This document shows, in pieces, positions 35,085 to 45,046 of a DNA stretch of 64,000 nucleotides (its first letter is position 1; every line of letters starts with the position of its first letter). Under the pieces are notes generated by a model that did no database searches, was not told the origin of the DNA, and saw nothing but the letters and a program-made list of their open reading frames with translations. Made by a program: the position numbers and the translations under genes. The stretch comes from Gulosibacter massiliensis (GTDB lineage Bacteria; Actinomycetota; Actinomycetes; Actinomycetales; Microbacteriaceae), in NCBI GenBank assembly GCA_943369205.1, contig CALRMP020000003.1, forward strand, positions 17 through 64,016, in the 5' to 3' direction.

Positions 35085-36272
35085 ATGCCTCGCGTGACTC
35101 TTCTCGACCCGGATGGTGCAACCTGGACCGCCGATGTGCGAGAACCCGCTGGGTTTCTCGTGCCCTCGCGGCCCCTTGAGCGACGAATTGCGTACTCGGC
35201 GGTTCACGTGGTTCCCCGAGCCGAGGCCGACAACACGCCGGGCAGGCCCGCGGACATCGACTGGGACTCCACCCTCGAGGTACGTCGGCGGATCTACCGG
35301 TGGGGGCTGGGTGTCGCGGATGCCATGGACACCGCTCAGCGGAACATGGGCCTCGATACTGCGGCAATTCGCGAGCTGATCGTTCGGAGTGCGGCGGTCG
35401 CGCGCGAGGAATCCGGACGTCTCGTGGTGGGGGTCAACACCGACCACCTCGAGGAGGAAGACGTTTCTCTCGAGACGGTGATCGACGCGTACTCCCGTCA
35501 GCGTGACTTCGCCGAAGAGCACGGGGCAGGACTTGTCGTGATGGCGAGTCGCCACCTCGCTCGGGCAGCTCGTTCGGCTGATGACTACCGGCGCGTCTAC
35601 CGCGCTGTACTCGCAGGGGCGTCGCGTCCCGTCATCCTCCACTGGCTGGGTACAGCCTTTGATCCCGCCCTCGAGGGCTACTTCGGCGACCGCGACACTC
35701 GTCGTGCCGCCGACGTCGTCCTCACGATCATCGAGGAGAACGTCGACCGCGTCGCAGGTATCAAGATGAGTCTGTTGGATGCTGAGGCCGAGCGGTCGCT
35801 TCGTCGCCGACTACCTGACTCGGCACGAATGTTCACCGGCGACGACTTTCACTACGTCGACTTGATCGGCGGGGACGACATTGGCGCAGACGATCATCAT
35901 TCCGACGCGCTTCTCGGCGCGTTCTCGGCGATTGCGCCACACGCGTCAGCCGCTATCCAGGCGCTCGACGCCGACGACCCGGCGCGGTTCCTTGAGGTGC
36001 TGGCGCCGACGGAAGAATTGAGCCGGCACATCTTCGCCGCACCGACCTACTTCTACAAGACGGGTATCGCCTTCCTCGCGTGGCTCAACGGGCATCAGCC
36101 CGCATTCCAAATGGTGGGCGGCCTCCACGCTTCCCGCAGCCTTCCTCACCTGTCGCGCATTGTTGAGCTGGCGAACGCGTGCCAGGCATTGGAACAGCCG
36201 GGCCTCGCCGTCGAGCGATGGCACGGGCTTCTTGGCCTCAACGGCATCGATGTATTGGAGGCATCGAGATGA
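35085..36272 (+). CDS. DUF993-family protein
   Basis: 395 aa. RIAYSAVHVVPRAEADNTPGRPADIDWDSTLEVRRRIYRWGLGVADAMDTAQRNMGLD matches my recollection of the DUF993 N-terminal signature (AMDTAQRGMGLD). Confidence 0.7.
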   Translation: MPRVTLLDPDGATWTADVREPAGFLVPSRPLERRIAYSAVHVVPRAEADNTPGRPADIDWDSTLEVRRRIYRWGLGVADAMDTAQRNMGLDTAAIRELIVRSAAVAREESGRLVVGVNTDHLEEEDVSLETVIDAYSRQRDFAEEHGAGLVVMASRHLARAARSADDYRRVYRAVLAGASRPVILHWLGTAFDPALEGYFGDRDTRRAADVVLTIIEENVDRVAGIKMSLLDAEAERSLRRRLPDSARMFTGDDFHYVDLIGGDDIGADDHHSDALLGAFSAIAPHASAAIQALDADDPARFLEVLAPTEELSRHIFAAPTYFYKTGIAFLAWLNGHQPAFQMVGGLHASRSLPHLSRIVELANACQALEQPGLAVERWHGLLGLNGIDVLEASR

Positions 36273-37156
36273 GTGTCGTCGACACTCGATTGTCGATCAA
36301 CCAGGCGACGCTCAAGCGCGCTGATCTTGCGACGGCCCTCGGAGCGGTTTCTGCCGCGGGCGTGTCGGCGATCGGTCTCTGGCGGGAACCGGTGAACGAG
36401 GTTGGCCTTTCTCACGCGGCCCGTATGCTCCGCGACTCGGGGCTTCAGTTCAGCACCTTGTGTCGCGCCGGCTTCTTCACGATGGCCGAGGGCCCGGAGC
36501 GTCGCGCGGCCATTGACGACAATCGTCGCGCAATCGAGGAGACCGCCGAACTGACGGCGGCCGCTGCGGCGGGATCAACCGCTGTGTTGGTCCTGGTCGC
36601 GGGGGGCATGCCACCAGGATCCCGTGACCTCATCGGCGCGCGCGGGCGCGTTCGGGATGCTCTCGAGGAGCTTGCCCCCGCAGCCAGCGCGGCGGGCGTG
36701 ACCCTCGCCATCGAACCACTGCACCCCATGTTTTCGTCCGATCGATGCGTCGTTTCGACTCTCGGTCAGGCGCTTGACCTTGCAGAAGGATTCGACCCGC
36801 ACGTCGTTGGCGTCGCCGTAGACGCCTATCACGTGTGGTGGGACCCCGAGGTGTGGACTCAGATCTCGCGAGCTGGGCGAGACGGCCGCATCGCCACGTT
36901 TCAGATCTGCGATTGGCGTACGCCGTTGGAACGCGACGTGTTGCTCAGCCGACACTTTCCCGGGGAGGGCGTCATCGACCTCCCCGCGCTCACGACCGCG
37001 GTCTGGGAAACGGGATATGACCGTCACATTGAAGTCGAGATCTTCAATGAAGCGATCTGGGATCAGCGGCCGGAAGCGGTCGTTGCTGAGACGGTGCGCA
37101 CTTTTGCGGCGAGTATGCCGTCGCGGCATGAGGAAACGAAGGTGCAGCGGCCTTAG
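36269..37156 (+). CDS. Sugar phosphate isomerase/epimerase (xylose-isomerase-like TIM barrel)
   Basis: ATG 36269 overlaps the DUF993 stop (ATGA). LAIEPLHP, DAYHVWWDP and HIEVEIFN are typical AP_endonuc_2/TIM motifs. Confidence 0.8.
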   Translation: MSVVDTRLSINQATLKRADLATALGAVSAAGVSAIGLWREPVNEVGLSHAARMLRDSGLQFSTLCRAGFFTMAEGPERRAAIDDNRRAIEETAELTAAAAAGSTAVLVLVAGGMPPGSRDLIGARGRVRDALEELAPAASAAGVTLAIEPLHPMFSSDRCVVSTLGQALDLAEGFDPHVVGVAVDAYHVWWDPEVWTQISRAGRDGRIATFQICDWRTPLERDVLLSRHFPGEGVIDLPALTTAVWETGYDRHIEVEIFNEAIWDQRPEAVVAETVRTFAASMPSRHEETKVQRP

Positions 37157-37167
37157 ACTCTCGGGCG

Positions 37168-38211
37168 ATGAGTGAGCATCACGAGATCAAGCAGGGGCGG
37201 TCGTCGCCGACGCTTCATGATGTCGCGCGGGTAGCAGGAGTCTCTCTCGCGACCGCGTCGCGCGTTCTCAATGGGTCGTCACGAACCGTCGCTGACTCGT
37301 ACCGTGAACGAGTTGAAACCGTCGCGACCGCTCTGGGATACACGACGAACATTGCGGCGCAAGCTACTGCGCGGGGCACGTCATCGACCATTGCCCTTCT
37401 CGTCGCTGATATCGCTGACCCGTACTTCGGAATTCTGGCATCGGGCGTCATGCGTGGCGCTGACGAAGCGGGAATGATCGTGACGATCTCGGTCACCGAG
37501 CGCGATGATGAGCGCGAGTTGCGCCTCGTTCAGTCGATTCGAGGCCAACGCCCTCTCGCGGTCATCCTTGCCGCCTCTCGCGGAAGCGACATTCCCGCGC
37601 CAGCACTTCAAGCGGAGTTGGACGCGGTTGCGGCAGCGAACGGGCGCGTGGTTGTGCTCGGCCCCGGCGTCGCGTCAGCACGCAGCATCTACATCGACAA
37701 CCGCGGCGGAGCCCGTGCTCTCGGCGTTGCCCTTCGTGCACGGGGGTATCACCGTGCGATCGTGCTCGCCGCATCAGCCGGCACTCGCACCTCCGACGAC
37801 CGCGTCGCAGGCTTCGCCGAGGGGTTCGGTACTGACAACATTGCGAGCGTTTATCGCGATGGCTTTACGCGAGAGGCGGGCGAAACAACGATGGCCCGTG
37901 CCCTTGCCGACGGTATCGAGCCCGGCACTCTCGTCTTCGCGGTCACGGACGTCACAGCCTTAGGTGCCCTCACCGCGCTCCGCGCAGCGGGTCGGGAGGT
38001 CGGAGTCGACGTCGCGCTGGCTGGCTTCGATGACATCCCGGCGAGTCGCGACGTCACGCCGTCTCTCACGAGTGTCCGCATCCCTCTTGAGGACCTCGGG
38101 TATGCGGCGTTTCGTGCCGCTGTCGATGTTGACTGGACCGCGCCCGAGGCGTTGCCCCTTGAGATTCGGCTTCGTGAGAGTACGCCGAGCCGAACAGGCA
38201 ATGTCGACTAG
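37168..38211 (+). CDS. LacI-family transcriptional regulator
   Basis: PTLHDVARVAGVSLATASRVLNGSSR is the HTH and LAGFDDIPASRD the C-terminal motif. Confidence 0.9.
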   Translation: MSEHHEIKQGRSSPTLHDVARVAGVSLATASRVLNGSSRTVADSYRERVETVATALGYTTNIAAQATARGTSSTIALLVADIADPYFGILASGVMRGADEAGMIVTISVTERDDERELRLVQSIRGQRPLAVILAASRGSDIPAPALQAELDAVAAANGRVVVLGPGVASARSIYIDNRGGARALGVALRARGYHRAIVLAASAGTRTSDDRVAGFAEGFGTDNIASVYRDGFTREAGETTMARALADGIEPGTLVFAVTDVTALGALTALRAAGREVGVDVALAGFDDIPASRDVTPSLTSVRIPLEDLGYAAFRAAVDVDWTAPEALPLEIRLRESTPSRTGNVD

Positions 38212-38242
38212 TTGGGTGCGACGCTTTTTCGCGATCAGGAGC

Positions 38243-38289
38243 CAGCGACCGGGCGCTGTCGGGCCCGGGCCCTATGGGGCCGGTCGCTG
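38243..38289. terminator. Hairpin between convergent LacI and SDR genes
   Basis: CAGCGACCGG (38243-38252) pairs with CCGGTCGCTG (38280-38289). The 27-nt loop contains GGGCCCGGGCCC. The right arm lies inside the SDR C-terminal tail codons. Confidence 0.4.
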
Positions 38290-39051
38290 AGACACAGGTC
38301 GCTGGGTCTCGCGAGCTCGGACGTTAGAGAACCCACCGTCGACGAGTAGTTCGGTGCCGGTGATGCCTCCCGACGCCGGGTCGCTGAGGAAGACGATGGC
38401 TCTCGCCACCTCGACGGGGTCGATCATGCGACCGATCGCTTGCCGGGCGTCCATCGCCGCACGTTCGGCGGCAGGATCAGGGAAGTTCGCGAGAAGCCTG
38501 TCGACGAAGGGTGTGTGCACGGTGCCGGGGCTCACACAGTTGACTCGGATCCCGTCGGCGACGTGGTCCGTCGCCATGGCAAATGTGAGGGCGAGCACAG
38601 CGCCTTTCGACGCGCTATAGAGCGCCCGCTGGGGAAGCCCGCGGCGCGCGGCGATCGAGCTGACATTCACGATCGATGCCGCTGACGATGCGCGCAGTGC
38701 GGGAAGCACCGCCGCTGTCATTCGGGCCATTCCCGTGACATTGACGTCGAAGACGCGCGCCCACTCGTCATCGTCGACGTCGGCGACCGTTCCAATCGAA
38801 CTGACGCCGGTGTTGTTGACGAGGATGTCGAGACCGCCGAACGTGTCGATCACTTGACTGGCCGCGGCATCCACGTCGGTACGCGACCGCACATCCGCGC
38901 GCAGCGCGAACGCGCCGTCAGGTGCCCCGTCAGGTGCGGAGTCGAGCACGGCAACGCGCACGCCACGGGAGAGGAGCTCGCGGGTGGTCGCAGCGCCGAT
39001 GCCGGATGCTCCCCCGGTGACGATGGCCCGTAAGCCTTTCAGCTCGCTCAT
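38272..39051 (-). CDS. SDR-family oxidoreductase
   Basis: Starts MSELKGLRAIVTGGASGIGAATTREL (TGxxxGxG), with YSASKGAV (YxxxK) further on. There is an ATGA overlap with the upstream amidohydrolase. The track ORF extends to 39117. Confidence 0.9.
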   Translation of the reverse strand: MSELKGLRAIVTGGASGIGAATTRELLSRGVRVAVLDSAPDGAPDGAFALRADVRSRTDVDAAASQVIDTFGGLDILVNNTGVSSIGTVADVDDDEWARVFDVNVTGMARMTAAVLPALRASSAASIVNVSSIAARRGLPQRALYSASKGAVLALTFAMATDHVADGIRVNCVSPGTVHTPFVDRLLANFPDPAAERAAMDARQAIGRMIDPVEVARAIVFLSDPASGGITGTELLVDGGFSNVRARETQRPVSQRPAP

Positions 39052-39917
39052 GCTCGCCCGATTCGTGCGAGTCGAGCGGGATCGAGCCGGTAGAACTCGG
39101 CCGCGGTGCCGCCCCACACGCGTTCGCGGGCGCCAGCGTCGAGCCCATCGAGCGCGATCGTCAACGCGTCAGTGGCTCGCGCGTACCCACCAGCGATGGT
39201 CACAACGGGCCAGTCGCTGCCGAACATGAGGCGCTCAGGCCCGAACGACGTGAGGGCGACCTGTACGACTTCTCGCACGTGATCGATCGTCCAGGCAGCG
39301 GGATCGGGGCCGGGTGCGTAGAGGCCAGATAGCTTGGCGCTCACGTTGGGAAGCTGCGCCGCCGTGTCGAGCGCCTCGCGCCAGCGCCGGAGGTCTGCAC
39401 CCAGTGGAGGCTTCATGAGGTGGTCGAGCACGATCCGCGCGTCGGGGTGCGCCCGCGCCACTGCCAGTGCTGCGTCGAAGTGTCCAGGAGTCGTGCCGAC
39501 AAGGTCCACAGCGAGGCCGGCGTCGGCGACAATCGCGACACCATCCAAGAACGCAGATTGCGTCATCCAGTCGTCGTTTTCGCGGTCGTGAGTCAGGTTG
39601 CGAATGCCGACGACGATGCGATCGGCGGTGAGTTCTTCGAGGGCCGCCGTCAGCTCGTCCGGGCGATGGAGGGGGGTGTAGGCGACAACGCCAACGACTC
39701 GCGGTTCGGTGCGGGCGATGTCACGCATTCTGGCTGTGTCGCGAGCGTCATCGTCTGCTTGGACGAGAATGATCGCGTCGATCCCCGCGGCCTCGGCCAA
39801 TGGCCGAGCTTCCTCGAGCGTGTAGTCGCGGTAGAGCGCCCCAGCCGCGGGCGTAAGCCACGAGTAGCTTGATTCGCCGAGCGTCCACACGTGATGGTGC
39901 GCGTCGATCGTGATCAT
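39048..39917 (-). CDS. Amidohydrolase_2-family protein (sugar-lactonase-like, e.g. fuconolactonase type)
   Basis: The N-terminus MITIDAHHHVWTL is typical of the amidohydrolase-2 lactonase/decarboxylase group, and FGSDWPV is near the C-terminus. An alternative upstream start exists at 39974. Confidence 0.75.
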   Translation of the reverse strand: MITIDAHHHVWTLGESSYSWLTPAAGALYRDYTLEEARPLAEAAGIDAIILVQADDDARDTARMRDIARTEPRVVGVVAYTPLHRPDELTAALEELTADRIVVGIRNLTHDRENDDWMTQSAFLDGVAIVADAGLAVDLVGTTPGHFDAALAVARAHPDARIVLDHLMKPPLGADLRRWREALDTAAQLPNVSAKLSGLYAPGPDPAAWTIDHVREVVQVALTSFGPERLMFGSDWPVVTIAGGYARATDALTIALDGLDAGARERVWGGTAAEFYRLDPARLARIGRA

Positions 39918-39970
39918 CGGTCTCCTCCCGCAGGCAATACAGCCACGGTATCCGGCAAGAGTGTCGATGG

Positions 39971-41008
39971 TCAAACGTTTGCGCTCGTCGTCCTCTCGAC
40001 GCCAGGAGCGGCCGTTGATGCCCGTTGCCGGACGTGTGGCGCAGGAGCCCGCACCACGATGTCACGCACCTCACCGGACTCGATTCGCGCGAGAAGTGCC
40101 TGAACGGCAGCCGTCCCCGCAGCGCCCAGCGGCATGTGCACCGTTGTGAGGGGCGGCCACGTGTTCTCCGCCGTGAGCGATTCGTGGATCGCGATGACAG
40201 ACATCTCAGCGGGAACGGAGACGCGGCGCCGCCGGAGCTCAGCGAGCACGCCGTACGCCGCATTGACGTTCGCGACGACCACCGCCGTGGGCGCGTCGTG
40301 AGCGTGAAGAAGGTCGCCTATTGCGGTCGCACCCTGCTCAGCGGTGTACCCACGACGGGTGATGTGGGTCTCCGGTAGGTGAACTCCCGCCCTGCTCAAG
40401 GTCTCCCTGAATCCCGCTTCGCGTCGGCCGGCGCTCATTGAGCTCGGCAGACCCCCAATGAACGCGATCTCACGATGACCAAGGTCGAGCAGGTGCTGTG
40501 CCGCGACCGATGCCCCCGCTTCATCATCGAGTGACACAGAGCCGGCGCCGTGCGGGTGAGTCGAGTTGACGAAGATGACGGGCGTTGACCCGCTGGTCAG
40601 GGCAGCGAGCGCATCGGGGTGCATCGCATCGCTTGTTTGGACGATGACCCCATCGACCCGGCCCTCGAGAACCAGTCGGGGAATTGCTTCGGGATCGCGC
40701 AAGAGGGCCTCCGCGCGCGCGAGCAGGGTCAAGTAGCCATGACGCGCCGCTTCTTCTTCGGCGGCATCGAGGAGGTCGATGTAGACCGAGTTCGCGAGGT
40801 CGGGCAAGACGACGGCGAGCACGTGCGTGCGTGACCCCTTGAGAGAGCGCGCGGCAGAGTTGGCGCGATAGCCCAGTGCTTCAGCGGCGGCTCGAATGCG
40901 TTCGCGGGTTTCCACGCTGGCTCGCGCGTCGGGGGCGTTGTTGAGCACGCGAGACGCGAGCGAGACCGACACCCCGGCCCGAGCCGCGACATCGGACAGA
41001 GTGGCCAT
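39971..41008 (-). CDS. LacI-family transcriptional regulator
   Basis: MATLSDVAARAGVSVSLASRVLNN is the HTH; 345 aa. Confidence 0.9.
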   Translation of the reverse strand: MATLSDVAARAGVSVSLASRVLNNAPDARASVETRERIRAAAEALGYRANSAARSLKGSRTHVLAVVLPDLANSVYIDLLDAAEEEAARHGYLTLLARAEALLRDPEAIPRLVLEGRVDGVIVQTSDAMHPDALAALTSGSTPVIFVNSTHPHGAGSVSLDDEAGASVAAQHLLDLGHREIAFIGGLPSSMSAGRREAGFRETLSRAGVHLPETHITRRGYTAEQGATAIGDLLHAHDAPTAVVVANVNAAYGVLAELRRRRVSVPAEMSVIAIHESLTAENTWPPLTTVHMPLGAAGTAAVQALLARIESGEVRDIVVRAPAPHVRQRASTAAPGVERTTSANV

Positions 41009-41017
41009 GGCGCCAGT

Positions 41018-41479
41018 TTAGGCGGGGGCCTGATCTCGTCGGCTCACGATGTATACGTGCACGAGGGAGAGCACAGTGTCTCCCCGTTGATTCCGCACGA
41101 GAACCTGCTCATCGACAAAGCCGACCTCGTCGGGACGTCGTGGATGCGGGCGGATCTCGGTGATCTCAGCAGTCACAGTGATGGTGTCGCCGATGAACAC
41201 GGGTGCGATGAATCGGATGCGGTCGTAGCCATAGCTCATCGACTGTGGGTTGATGTCGCCCGCGGTCATGCCGACCGCGACCGACAGGATCAGCGTGCCG
41301 TGAGCGATGCGTTGGCCGGCTGGTTGTGTCGCCATCCACTCCGCGTCCATGTGGTGGGGGTAGAAGTCTCCCGTCTGCCCTGCATGCAAGACGATGTCGG
41401 CTTCGGTGATCGTGCGACCCGTCGACGTGCGGAGCTCTCCAACCGTGAAGTCCTCGAGGAATCTCTCGCGCGTGATCAT
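41018..41479 (-). CDS. MaoC-family (hot-dog) dehydratase/hydratase
   Basis: 153 aa. [35 protein letters not shown] carries the MaoC hydratase motif context, followed by the hot-dog core. Confidence 0.85.
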   Translation of the reverse strand: MITRERFLEDFTVGELRTSTGRTITEADIVLHAGQTGDFYPHHMDAEWMATQPAGQRIAHGTLILSVAVGMTAGDINPQSMSYGYDRIRFIAPVFIGDTITVTAEITEIRPHPRRPDEVGFVDEQVLVRNQRGDTVLSLVHVYIVSRRDQAPA

Positions 41480-42609
41480 GATTCTTCTCCCATTGTCTCT
41501 GCGAGTGTGTTGAGTTGCGCTGCGAGTGTTGACGCTGAACCTCGGCCAACAATGGCCTGATGAATGAGGTCACCCGCGGCATCCTGCAACGCGATGTAGT
41601 CGGGGTGCCGTGGGCGCAGGTACGCCGACTCGATCGTCGCTCGCGTGCCGCGGAAGAAGTCGAGGGTGGCGGCGTTGAGCGAATCATCCTCCCAGGCAGC
41701 GGCATGGCCTGGTTGCCCTCCGCCCTCGAAGTACGAGCCGCGCTGCGTATCGGCTGACGCGAGCCAGAACGCGTGCTGGATCGCTTCGGCGTGGTGCGGG
41801 CTGAAGGCAGAGACGGCGATTCCTGCACCACCCAGGAGCGACCCTCGCACGTGGCCATCGATCACGGGGATATCGCGATAGCGAAGCCGGTGGGGCCGGA
41901 AGCCGATGCGACTGTAGTTCGAGTACCCGAAAAGGAGCGGCGCGTAGATCGCGGGGGAGTCGGAGGCGAGGTCGTCGGCGACGAGAATCGGATTAGACGT
42001 CGCATGCCGCGGGTCGACGTAGCTCGCAAGGCTCGTCAGTAGGTCAAGGCTTCGCTCGAGCGTGTCGAGTGAGAGGAATTCTCCCGGCGCACGCAATGCC
42101 GGTTCACCGCATCCGCCAGCGACGGTAACGAGGCTCGAAAACGCATCGATGGGCTTGAACGGCCAGGCGACTCGACCTTCTCTCGCCAGCTCGAACACAC
42201 CATCCCAGTCGGTAGGGGGGTCGGCCAACTGATCAGGTCGGAAAGCGGCAACTTGAGCGGCGGCGTCACTGGCGAGCCCCCACTGCCGGCCCTTGTATTG
42301 GTAGCTTTCGTGCGACTGACCAACGGAGTGGCGCGCGAGCTCGGCGAGTTCGTCGTCGTGGCCTTCGCTATCGAGGGCGACCACGAGCCCGGCCTCTGCT
42401 GCGTGAGCAACATGCGGGTGGTCGATCACCAAGAGATCGTTCTCGCGCGCGAGAACCTCGAGGGGCTGATCGGCGAAGGCCTGTAGTGAGCGGAACGTCC
42501 ACTCGATTTCTACGTCGGGTCGCACCTGTCGATACGCTGCCGCGGCCGCTACGACGCTTCCGTAGCCTCGGGCGTGCTCCCAGGTGATTCCGCGAAGCCT
42601 CGTGGTCAT
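41476..42609 (-). CDS. Periplasmic-binding-protein-fold protein without signal peptide (cytoplasmic SBP-like)
   Basis: 377 aa. The N-terminus [17 protein letters not shown] has no hydrophobic h-region or lipobox. The overall pattern resembles family-1 solute-binding proteins. It has 4-nt overlaps with both neighbours. Confidence 0.5.
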   Translation of the reverse strand: MTTRLRGITWEHARGYGSVVAAAAAYRQVRPDVEIEWTFRSLQAFADQPLEVLARENDLLVIDHPHVAHAAEAGLVVALDSEGHDDELAELARHSVGQSHESYQYKGRQWGLASDAAAQVAAFRPDQLADPPTDWDGVFELAREGRVAWPFKPIDAFSSLVTVAGGCGEPALRAPGEFLSLDTLERSLDLLTSLASYVDPRHATSNPILVADDLASDSPAIYAPLLFGYSNYSRIGFRPHRLRYRDIPVIDGHVRGSLLGGAGIAVSAFSPHHAEAIQHAFWLASADTQRGSYFEGGGQPGHAAAWEDDSLNAATLDFFRGTRATIESAYLRPRHPDYIALQDAAGDLIHQAIVGRGSASTLAAQLNTLAETMGEES

Positions 42610-43796
42610 GCGCTCACTCCTTCGTCGAGGTCGAACTCGCTTCGGATCGACGCCGAGTCTTCTCCGAGCAGAGGGGCTGCTTTCTCGTTCGTCAATCGAT
42701 GGCCGTCAACGCGCAGGGGCGAGCGTGTTGTGGCGATTCGCGACCCCCGGCGGTGAACTTCTTGAGTCATTGCGATTGCAGCGAATCCCTCTGACTCGAG
42801 CAGGGCATCAAGCGTGAGCACCGGAGCGCACCACACGTCAGCGTGATCGAGAATCTCGAGCCAGTGCGCGACGGGCGCTGTGCGAAAGCGCTCAGCGAGG
42901 AGCCGTTCGGCATCGGCGCGACGCTCCCACGCGTCGTTGGGGTCGGTGAAGGCCTCGAGCTCTGGGATGCCAAGAAGTGCTGCGAGCTTCGGCAGAGGGT
43001 TCATGGCGAGAGCGATATGGCCGTCCGACGTCTCATAGGTGCCATACGGCGCGGCCAGGAACGCGTGCGCGGAATTCGTACTTCCACGCTGCACTCGCAA
43101 CGCTGGTTCGGCCAACCGAGCGCTCAGCAGTTCGAACTGCAGATCGAGCATGGACTCCAGGAGGCTTGACTCCACCAGCCCACCACGACCGGTGCGCGCT
43201 CGGCGGACGAGGAGGGCACACACGCCCTGGGCGAGGTGGCAACTCAAGAGGTGGTCGGCGATCGATACACCGACGGGCACAGGACCACTTTCCGCCGACC
43301 CCGACAGCCACGGGAGGCCAGATACTGACTGGGCCAGGAGGTCTTGACCTGGCCTGTCTCGCCACGGGCCGCTATCGCCGTACCCGCTCGCGCTGGCATA
43401 GACGATTCCGGGGTTAACGTGCCGCACGCTCTCGTAGTCGAGCCCGATGCGCTCCATGACCCCCGGGCGGAAGTTTTGAACGATGACGTCTGCCTGGGCA
43501 ACGAGGCTGCGGACAGCGGCCAGATCGCGGGGCTCTTTGAGGTCGGCCGCGAACGACTGCTTGTTGCGGTTCATTGCGTGGAAGGAGACCGAGTCGCCGT
43601 CGACCCACAGGTTGCCAAAAGCGAGCGTGCGCCCAATGTCGCCTGCCCCTGGGCGCTCGATCTTGATGACACGTGCCCCAAGATCGGCGAGTCGCAGCGC
43701 GGCTACCGGCCCGGCGAGAAACTGGCTGAAGTCGAGAACCAGGGTTCCGGCAAGGGGAAGTTCATCGTCGGTCACAACTACTCCTGACATGATCAT
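42606..43796 (-). CDS. Family III (CaiB/BaiF) CoA-transferase
   Basis: LAGTLVLDFSQFLAGPVAALRLADLGARVIKIERPGAGDIGR is the canonical N-terminal signature; 396 aa. Confidence 0.9.
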   Translation of the reverse strand: MIMSGVVVTDDELPLAGTLVLDFSQFLAGPVAALRLADLGARVIKIERPGAGDIGRTLAFGNLWVDGDSVSFHAMNRNKQSFAADLKEPRDLAAVRSLVAQADVIVQNFRPGVMERIGLDYESVRHVNPGIVYASASGYGDSGPWRDRPGQDLLAQSVSGLPWLSGSAESGPVPVGVSIADHLLSCHLAQGVCALLVRRARTGRGGLVESSLLESMLDLQFELLSARLAEPALRVQRGSTNSAHAFLAAPYGTYETSDGHIALAMNPLPKLAALLGIPELEAFTDPNDAWERRADAERLLAERFRTAPVAHWLEILDHADVWCAPVLTLDALLESEGFAAIAMTQEVHRRGSRIATTRSPLRVDGHRLTNEKAAPLLGEDSASIRSEFDLDEGVSA

Positions 43797-43797
43797 G

Positions 43798-43815
43798 TGA
43801 TCAATCGTTTGTTCA
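43798..43815. promoter_or_regulatory. LacI-type palindromic operator candidate directly upstream of the CoA-transferase start
   Basis: TGATCAATCGTTTGTTCA matches its own reverse complement at 14 of 18 positions around a central CG, as in LacI/GalR operators. Confidence 0.45.
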
Positions 43816-43951
43816 CCCTAAGGTTTCCGGGCCAGCGGGCGCAAGGCGAGCCGGCAGTCGTCGAATCGGAACGGGAAAGCGTTTGCTCACAGCGCCCCGT
43901 GGCGCGTACTCTCAAGGCGCGGATCCGTCGTCCGCGTGTCGAGGAGGATTC

Positions 43952-45046
43952 GTGGCACCGTCCCCGCATGAAGCGTCCGTGCATCCCGGATATCTATTCG
44001 CTCTGCCGACCCACCCGCGTCCGATCGTCATCATCGGCGCAGGCGGAATTGTGCGCGACGCACATCTGCCGGCGTACTCGCGATACGGGCTACCAGTGCA
44101 TGCCATCGTCAATCGCACGACGGAGCGCGCTGAAGCACTCGCCGCGGAGTTTAGGGTCGACGTCGTCTCGAGCGATCTCGGCGAGGTTGTTGCAACTGCG
44201 CCGGCCGATGCCGTGTATGACATTGCGCTCATGCCCGAGCAGTATGAACAGACCCTTGCGGCCCTGCCGCGTGGCGCGGGTGTGCTCATTCAGAAGCCTC
44301 TGGGGCATGACGGCGATCAGGCGCGGCGAATTCTCGACATCTGCCGTGACCGCGGTTTAGTGGCTGCGGTCAACACGCAGTTGCGATTCGCGCCGTATGT
44401 CGAACAGGCGCGACGTGCGATCGCGGCCGGTGAGATTGGCGACCTGGTCGACGTTGAGATTCGTGTCACGGTTCGCCAGCCGTGGGAGCTCTTCCCCCAT
44501 GTGTTCGCGCTACCGCGGCTCGAGCTCAACATGCACAGCGTCCACTACCTCGACCTGATCCGGTCGTTTCTGGGCGAGCCGAGTGATGTGATGTGCGTGA
44601 CTCTCCCGCACCCCGAGAGGCCATACGCGAACTGTCGATCGACGATCCTTCTTCGGTATGGGGATCGTCCGCTGCGGGTCGTCATCGCCACGAACCACGA
44701 ACATGACTTTGGGCCGCACTACGAAGAGAGCTTCGTGAAGTTTGAAGGAACCCGGGGAGCGATTCGCATTCAACTGGGCCTTCTTCTCGACTATCCACGC
44801 GGAGGCCCCGACAAACTCGAGATCGTGACACACGATCGCCGGAACGAAGGATGGCGGCCCATGAGCTTCGAGGGTTCGTGGTTTCCCGACGCGTTCGCCG
44901 GCTCGATGAGCGTCCTCCAGCGCGCCATCGCAGGGGAGATTCCTAGCCTGCCGACGTCGGTAGAGGATGTCGTGCGCACCATGGATCTCGTCGATGCGGC
45001 TCACGAGTCCAGCGACCGCGGAGGCGTTGTTCCCCGGCGCACCTGA
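43952..45046 (+). CDS. Gfo/Idh/MocA-family oxidoreductase
   Basis: GTG 43952 is preceded by GAGGAGGA. IVIIGAGGIVRDAHLPAY is the Rossmann motif and LIQKPL the EKP-like motif. The track start at 43883 is less likely. Confidence 0.8.
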   Translation: MAPSPHEASVHPGYLFALPTHPRPIVIIGAGGIVRDAHLPAYSRYGLPVHAIVNRTTERAEALAAEFRVDVVSSDLGEVVATAPADAVYDIALMPEQYEQTLAALPRGAGVLIQKPLGHDGDQARRILDICRDRGLVAAVNTQLRFAPYVEQARRAIAAGEIGDLVDVEIRVTVRQPWELFPHVFALPRLELNMHSVHYLDLIRSFLGEPSDVMCVTLPHPERPYANCRSTILLRYGDRPLRVVIATNHEHDFGPHYEESFVKFEGTRGAIRIQLGLLLDYPRGGPDKLEIVTHDRRNEGWRPMSFEGSWFPDAFAGSMSVLQRAIAGEIPSLPTSVEDVVRTMDLVDAAHESSDRGGVVPRRT

